DNA of 63,165 bases, counting the filler. It is 4 parts of 4 records of this genome, joined end to end, with 100 filler letters (N's around TTAATTAATTAA, not from the genome) between each part and the next. Parts side by side here need not be neighbours in the genome. Positions count along the whole stretch, not along the records: positions 58,163 to 63,165 come from DRR723986_5756; 3 more parts are not named here. One strand, 5' to 3'. Within the stretch, counting starts at the first letter, position 1, and each line of letters begins with the position of its first letter. Position numbers and translations under genes: made by a program. Below are positions 59,127 through 63,165 of the stretch, piece by piece. Under the pieces are notes generated by a model, which saw nothing but the letters and a program-made list of their open reading frames with translations, made no database searches and was not told where the DNA came from.

Positions 59127-59407
59127 ATGACACTCCTCCCGAGACCACCGGGGGCCTACCTGCGCATCCTTCTTCTGCTTCACTGCCTTGCCGGCCCGGC
59201 CGCCGGGCAGAACGACGACTGGTCCACGCCGCCTATGGGCTGGTGGCGGATTCCCCGACGGAGATGGGGCTCGACGCCGGGCTTTACGTCAGCTGGATGA
59301 TGCAGGCGCCGCCGTCGGGGATGTTCACGCCAGAGCCCCGGCAGTGGTGCGACCCGAACCTCGCGACCTTCGTGCAGCGCATCTGCGCCAAGGGGAAACG
59401 GTTCTAA
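59127..59407 (+). pseudogene. Frameshifted small exported hypothetical protein
   Basis: Signal peptide in one frame; coding-like continuation in another frame after ATGGGC at 59235-59240. Confidence 0.45.
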
Positions 59408-59437
59408 GCCTTTGGGAACACACGGTCGCGCGCGGGC

Positions 59438-59989
59438 CTAGTGCAGCCCCTCGGCCCCGTGACGGAGGATGACCGGAACGATCAGATCCTCTTCGTCTTC
59501 CAGATGGCGGTGCAGGAAGCCCTCGAAGGCCCGCACCTCTTCCCGGAAGGCGCCCGCTTCGGTCTTGCCCTGCAACACGCCATTGGCGGAGCGCGTGAAC
59601 CGCTCCAGCAAACCGTCGAGCGCGTGGTGGTCCCGGTCGAGGATCTCGAAGCCCCGTTCCAGCCGCGCCTCGCGCTTCACCAGCACCGGAAAGTAATGCA
59701 TGTCCTCGATCTGGTGGTGGCCGTGCAGGTTCTGCACCAGCATCCCGCCATACCGCGACAGCCGCGCCTGCATCGCCTTGGGATCGAGAGTGCCGTCGAC
59801 GGCCTGTTCGGCATCCGCGCGCAGGGTCTCGCAGAGGCGCCGGAACATCATGTGCCGGTCGAGCCAGAATTCGACGAGCCCGGCGAAATTCGCATGGACC
59901 CGCCATCCGGCGCGGGGGTGCTCCGCAAGGAGCGCGCGCAGGGCCTCGGGCAGGCCGTCGCGGCTGAGAAGGTCGAGATCGTCGGTCAT
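59438..59989 (-). CDS. Hemerythrin (HHE) domain protein
   Basis: WLDRH, HGHHQIED..YFP, DH, HLEDEE. Confidence 0.88.
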   Translation of the reverse strand: MTDDLDLLSRDGLPEALRALLAEHPRAGWRVHANFAGLVEFWLDRHMMFRRLCETLRADAEQAVDGTLDPKAMQARLSRYGGMLVQNLHGHHQIEDMHYFPVLVKREARLERGFEILDRDHHALDGLLERFTRSANGVLQGKTEAGAFREEVRAFEGFLHRHLEDEEDLIVPVILRHGAEGLH

Positions 59990-60340
59990 GCCGCCAAGGT
60001 GGCCGCGGGCCGGGCAAAGTCAACGCATCCCGCGCACAGGGCCCTTCTGTCCGCGCACAGCCATCGTCCGGGCCGCACCGATAGGGCCGAGTTGCTTCGA
60101 ATGCGCCGGAGATTCTCCTTTCGGACAGGGGGTCCTGCCCGTCGGAGAGCCCTCCGGGCCAGCCCCGCGCCACAGTCTGACCATATTTCCCGCCTACCCC
60201 TTGGTCAGCGACAGAAGGCGCCGACACGGGGTCCCTGCCCGGCCAAGAAGGCCGGATCGGGACCCGAGACAGCCATGTGCGTGGCCCCGTCCGGGCCGCC
60301 TCGGGCGCCCCCCCACGCCCAAGATCGTGAGGACCGACAA

Positions 60341-61030
60341 ATGCGCTACCTGATCGCCGAAACCGACTGGACCCTTATGAGCCTCGCCGCCGAGATCGTC
60401 GGCACCGGCACGCTGCTGACGCGCGCCGACCGGATCGAGGACATCCCGCATTTCCTCAGCCTCGGAGGGGCCGATCTGCTGATCCTCGGCGCCGACCAGC
60501 TGGGCGTGCAGGGTCTCTCTCTGGCCGCGCTGCGCCGGGCCTCGGGTGGACTGCCCATCGCGCTGGTCGCGCGCAAGCCGACCTCGGCGCAGATGGCCAG
60601 CTGGCTCGAGGCCGGGGCCGACACGATCATCGCCGCCCACCGCCCGCTCGAAGAGGCGGTGGCCACGCTCGAGGCGGTTGCGCGGCGCGCCCACGGGCTG
60701 CCGGTGCCGCAGGTCGACTACGGCGCGCTGCGCATCGACCTCAGCCGCCGTCAGGCCTATGTGCTGGGCTGTCCGATGAAGCTGAGCCCGAAGTTGTACG
60801 AACTGCTGGAATACATCGCCCTCAGGCCCGGGCAACTGGTCACGCGGGCGTCGCTGCTCAGCCACATCTACGCCCTGGAGGGCGAACCCGATCCGCGCGT
60901 CTTCGACGTCTACATCTGCAACCTGCGTGCCTGTCTCGAAGCGGTCTCGGACCGCATCGACATAGAGACCGTGCGCGGGGCGGGCTTCCGGCTCGAGGTG
61001 CGCCGCGCCGAGGGCGCCATCGCCGCCTGA
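60341..61030 (+). CDS. OmpR/CtrA-like winged-helix regulator with an atypical receiver
   Basis: ATG at 60341 after GAGGA; LSPK.YELLE, EPD.RVFDVYIC.LR, IETVRG.G. Confidence 0.8.
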   Translation: MRYLIAETDWTLMSLAAEIVGTGTLLTRADRIEDIPHFLSLGGADLLILGADQLGVQGLSLAALRRASGGLPIALVARKPTSAQMASWLEAGADTIIAAHRPLEEAVATLEAVARRAHGLPVPQVDYGALRIDLSRRQAYVLGCPMKLSPKLYELLEYIALRPGQLVTRASLLSHIYALEGEPDPRVFDVYICNLRACLEAVSDRIDIETVRGAGFRLEVRRAEGAIAA

Positions 61031-61073
61031 CTGCGGCCCGGCCTCTGGACGGGGCCGGTGCCGCGCGCCACGC

Positions 61074-61391
61074 TCAATAGGTCGCCGCCACCTCGTAGAG
61101 CACCGGCTCGAAGCTGCGGCACAGCCCGTTCAGCCGCCGGTTCGTCTCTCGCATCCGGTCAGAGCGCAGCATGGCAAGGAAATCCTCGCGGCGCTCCCAT
61201 TGCGAGTAGTTGGCGATGCGTGTCTGCGCGTCGTTGACATGCAGGCCCGCCGCGATGAAGCCCGGCTGACGCGAGATGAACTCTGCATATGCGTCCTGCA
61301 GGGCCTCGAGCAGGTCCTGACAATTGCCCGGGTTGGTCTCGAAGGTGGTCAGGACGGTCTGGTGGCTGGCTTTGGCTGAGATGGTTGGCAT
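61074..61391 (-). CDS. Antibiotic biosynthesis monooxygenase (ABM) family protein
   Basis: ISRQPGF..A.LH...NYSQW; AGGAGG RBS. Confidence 0.85.
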   Translation of the reverse strand: MPTISAKASHQTVLTTFETNPGNCQDLLEALQDAYAEFISRQPGFIAAGLHVNDAQTRIANYSQWERREDFLAMLRSDRMRETNRRLNGLCRSFEPVLYEVAATY

Positions 61392-61586
61392 CGGTGGCTC
61401 CTCCTGCGACCACCCTGCCACGAAACGCGGGCGTGTCCAAACCTCCGCGACCCTGCGCGGGCTGCCCCTGCGGGGGCGGAAAACCTTGACAGGGCGCGGC
61501 GCCGGGGGCCAAACAGACGCAACCGCCCGCAAAGGGCAGAACCGGCGCGCCACGACGCCGGAGAGGCAGCACAGCACAGGACCACC

Positions 61587-62294
61587 ATGACAAATCCCAA
61601 GCGAATCGAGGAGTCCCTGCGCGAATCCATCATCTCCCGTCCGGACATGATCCTTGACGACAAGGACCTGATGCAGGCGCTGATTTCCGCCAACGAGCGG
61701 GCCATGGGCGGCAATATCGTCGACCTGCGCGGCATCGCGATGGAGCGGCTGGAGGCGCGGCTCGACCGGCTCGAGGACACGCACCGCAGCGTCATCGCCG
61801 CCGCCTACGAGAACCTCGCCGGGACCAACCAGATCCACCGCGCCGTCCTGCGGATGCTCGACCCGCTGGAGTTCGAGCCCTTCCTGAAGGACCTTGGCGG
61901 CGAGGTCGCGCAGATCCTGCGCGTCGACCGCGTCCGCCTTGTGCTGGAAACCGGGCAGGAGGACAGCGAGACCGTCACCGACCGGCTGGGCGGCGTGCTG
62001 ACCGTGGCGGCCCCCGGCTTCGTAGACCGCTTCGTGGCCGAGGGGCGCTCTGCCCCGGTGCGCCCCGTCACCCTGCGACAGATCGAGCGGGGCGACACCC
62101 GCATCTACGGCGAGGACGGCGGCTGGATCCGCTCCGAGGCCTGCCTGAAGCTCGACTTCGGCCCCGGGCGCCTGCCCGGCCTGCTGGTCATGGGCTCGGA
62201 GGATCCGCACCAGTTCACGCCGCAGCAGGGCACCGACCTGCTGGCCTTCTTCGGCGGCGTCTTCGAGCGCGCGATGCGCCGCTGGCTCGGCTGA
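61587..62294 (+). CDS. DUF484 family protein
   Basis: NIVDLR, AYEN, F.P.QGTDLL.FFG; typical position upstream of xerC. Confidence 0.88.
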   Translation: MTNPKRIEESLRESIISRPDMILDDKDLMQALISANERAMGGNIVDLRGIAMERLEARLDRLEDTHRSVIAAAYENLAGTNQIHRAVLRMLDPLEFEPFLKDLGGEVAQILRVDRVRLVLETGQEDSETVTDRLGGVLTVAAPGFVDRFVAEGRSAPVRPVTLRQIERGDTRIYGEDGGWIRSEACLKLDFGPGRLPGLLVMGSEDPHQFTPQQGTDLLAFFGGVFERAMRRWLG

Positions 62295-62382
62295 GAGACG
62301 ACGACCCGGGCGCGCCCCTGCCCTGCGCCCGGCCTTTCGGGGGACCAGACACCGGCCCGTGCCCGACGCGGAGGACGCCGCC

Positions 62383-63165
62383 ATGACCCTAGAGATTTCG
62401 CCCGCCGCCCGGGACGCCCTTGTTGGCTGGCTCGACACGCAGAAGGCCCTGAAGGACGCCAGCGCCAACACGCTGAACGCCTACCGCGCCGATGCGCTGG
62501 ATTTCGTGGCCTTCCTGACCGCGCACCACGCCGAACCGCAGGGACTGGCGCCCCTGGCGCGGGTCACGACCTCGGACATGCGGGCATGGATGGCGCATCT
62601 GCACCGCGACGGGCTGGCGGCGCGCTCGGTCGCGCGCAAGCTGTCGGCGGTCAAGAGCTTCTACCGCTGGCTGGCGCAGAAGCAGGGGTTCGAGCCGACC
62701 GCCGTCCTGTCGGCCCGGGCGCCGAAGTTCCAGAAGAAGCTGCCTCGCCCGCTGACCGAGGACGCCGCCCGCGCGATGATCGACACGGTGGGGATGCAGT
62801 CGCAGGACAGCTGGCACAGCGCGCGAGACATGGCGGTGGTGACGCTGCTCTACGGCTGCGGGCTGCGGATCTCCGAGGCGCTGGGGCTGATGGGCCGCGA
62901 CCTGCCGCTGGGTGAAAGCCTGCGCATCCTCGGCAAGGGCCGCAAGGAGCGGATCGTGCCGGTCCTGCCGGTGGCGCGGCGCGCGGTGGACAGCTACCTC
63001 GCGCTTTGCCCCTACCCGATGGAGCCGGACGCGGCGGTGTTTCGCGGCGCGCGCGGCGGGCCGCTGAACCCGCGCCTGATCGCCAAGGTGACAGAGAAGG
63101 CGCGGATGCAGCTTGGCCTGCCCGCCACGGCCACACCCCACGCCATGCGCCACAGCTTTGCCACG
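62383..63165 (+). CDS. xerC: Tyrosine recombinase XerC (runs off the window)
   Basis: Manual translation: LLYGCGLRISE, GKGRKERIVP, TPHAMRHSFAT; follows DUF484; absent from the ORF track. Confidence 0.92.
   Translation, partial: MTLEISPAARDALVGWLDTQKALKDASANTLNAYRADALDFVAFLTAHHAEPQGLAPLARVTTSDMRAWMAHLHRDGLAARSVARKLSAVKSFYRWLAQKQGFEPTAVLSARAPKFQKKLPRPLTEDAARAMIDTVGMQSQDSWHSARDMAVVTLLYGCGLRISEALGLMGRDLPLGESLRILGKGRKERIVPVLPVARRAVDSYLALCPYPMEPDAAVFRGARGGPLNPRLIAKVTEKARMQLGLPATATPHAMRHSFAT

Noticed and set aside
51008-63153. Many long overlapping or antisense ORFs (e.g. 52328-53842 -, 56546-57841 -, 62389-63153 -, and 5' extensions of 53320, 55547, 59441 and 61074-62471)
   Set aside because: Shadow frames expected in high-GC DNA; the true genes are identified by motifs and RBS/overlap positions.
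62383-63165. Tyrosine recombinase considered as the integrase for the attC array
   Set aside because: It is on a different contig from a different organism, has the DUF484-xerC housekeeping context, and shows no IntI-specific insertion.

Overview
The window is not one locus. It is four unrelated contigs joined by 100-nt spacers (44 N + TTAATTAATTAA + 44 N) at 27594-27693, 50908-51007 and 58063-58162, so no synteny should be read across them. Contig A (1-27593, gammaproteobacterial, Marinobacter-like by my reading) starts at a tRNA 3' end. It continues through orphan lipoprotein genes, an eroded array of five attC-like sites with four cassettes and no integrase, an ABC-F gene with a putative leader-peptide attenuator, and IS3 elements. 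It then carries a 14-kb catabolic cluster (permease, acyl-CoA ligase, acyl-CoA dehydrogenase, MaoC hydratase, PhaB-like SDR, aldehyde dehydrogenase, malonyl-CoA decarboxylase, cysteine hydrolase, FixL/J-like pair, Mo S/N-oxide reductase) that reads as a thiolase-free, CoA-bound C3 oxidation route tied together by a shared operator motif. It ends with aer, rlmE and a TrmH-family gene. Contig B (27694-50907, unidentified bacterium) carries menI followed by a tightly coupled aroF-aroB-aroD/E-aroA-aroK-aroC-menF-D-H-B-C-E superoperon, whose AroC has a degenerate chorismate-mutase-like tail, and then two-component genes. Contig C (51008-58062, high GC, Rhodobacteraceae-like) is a LysR / flavin monooxygenase / hydrolase / Dpp-type ABC / M24-fold catabolic operon. 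Contig D (58163-63165) has small stress genes with back-to-back EcfG-type promoters, a hemerythrin-domain gene, an atypical CtrA-like regulator, DUF484 and xerC. All protein calls rest on motif recognition by eye; no database searches were run.
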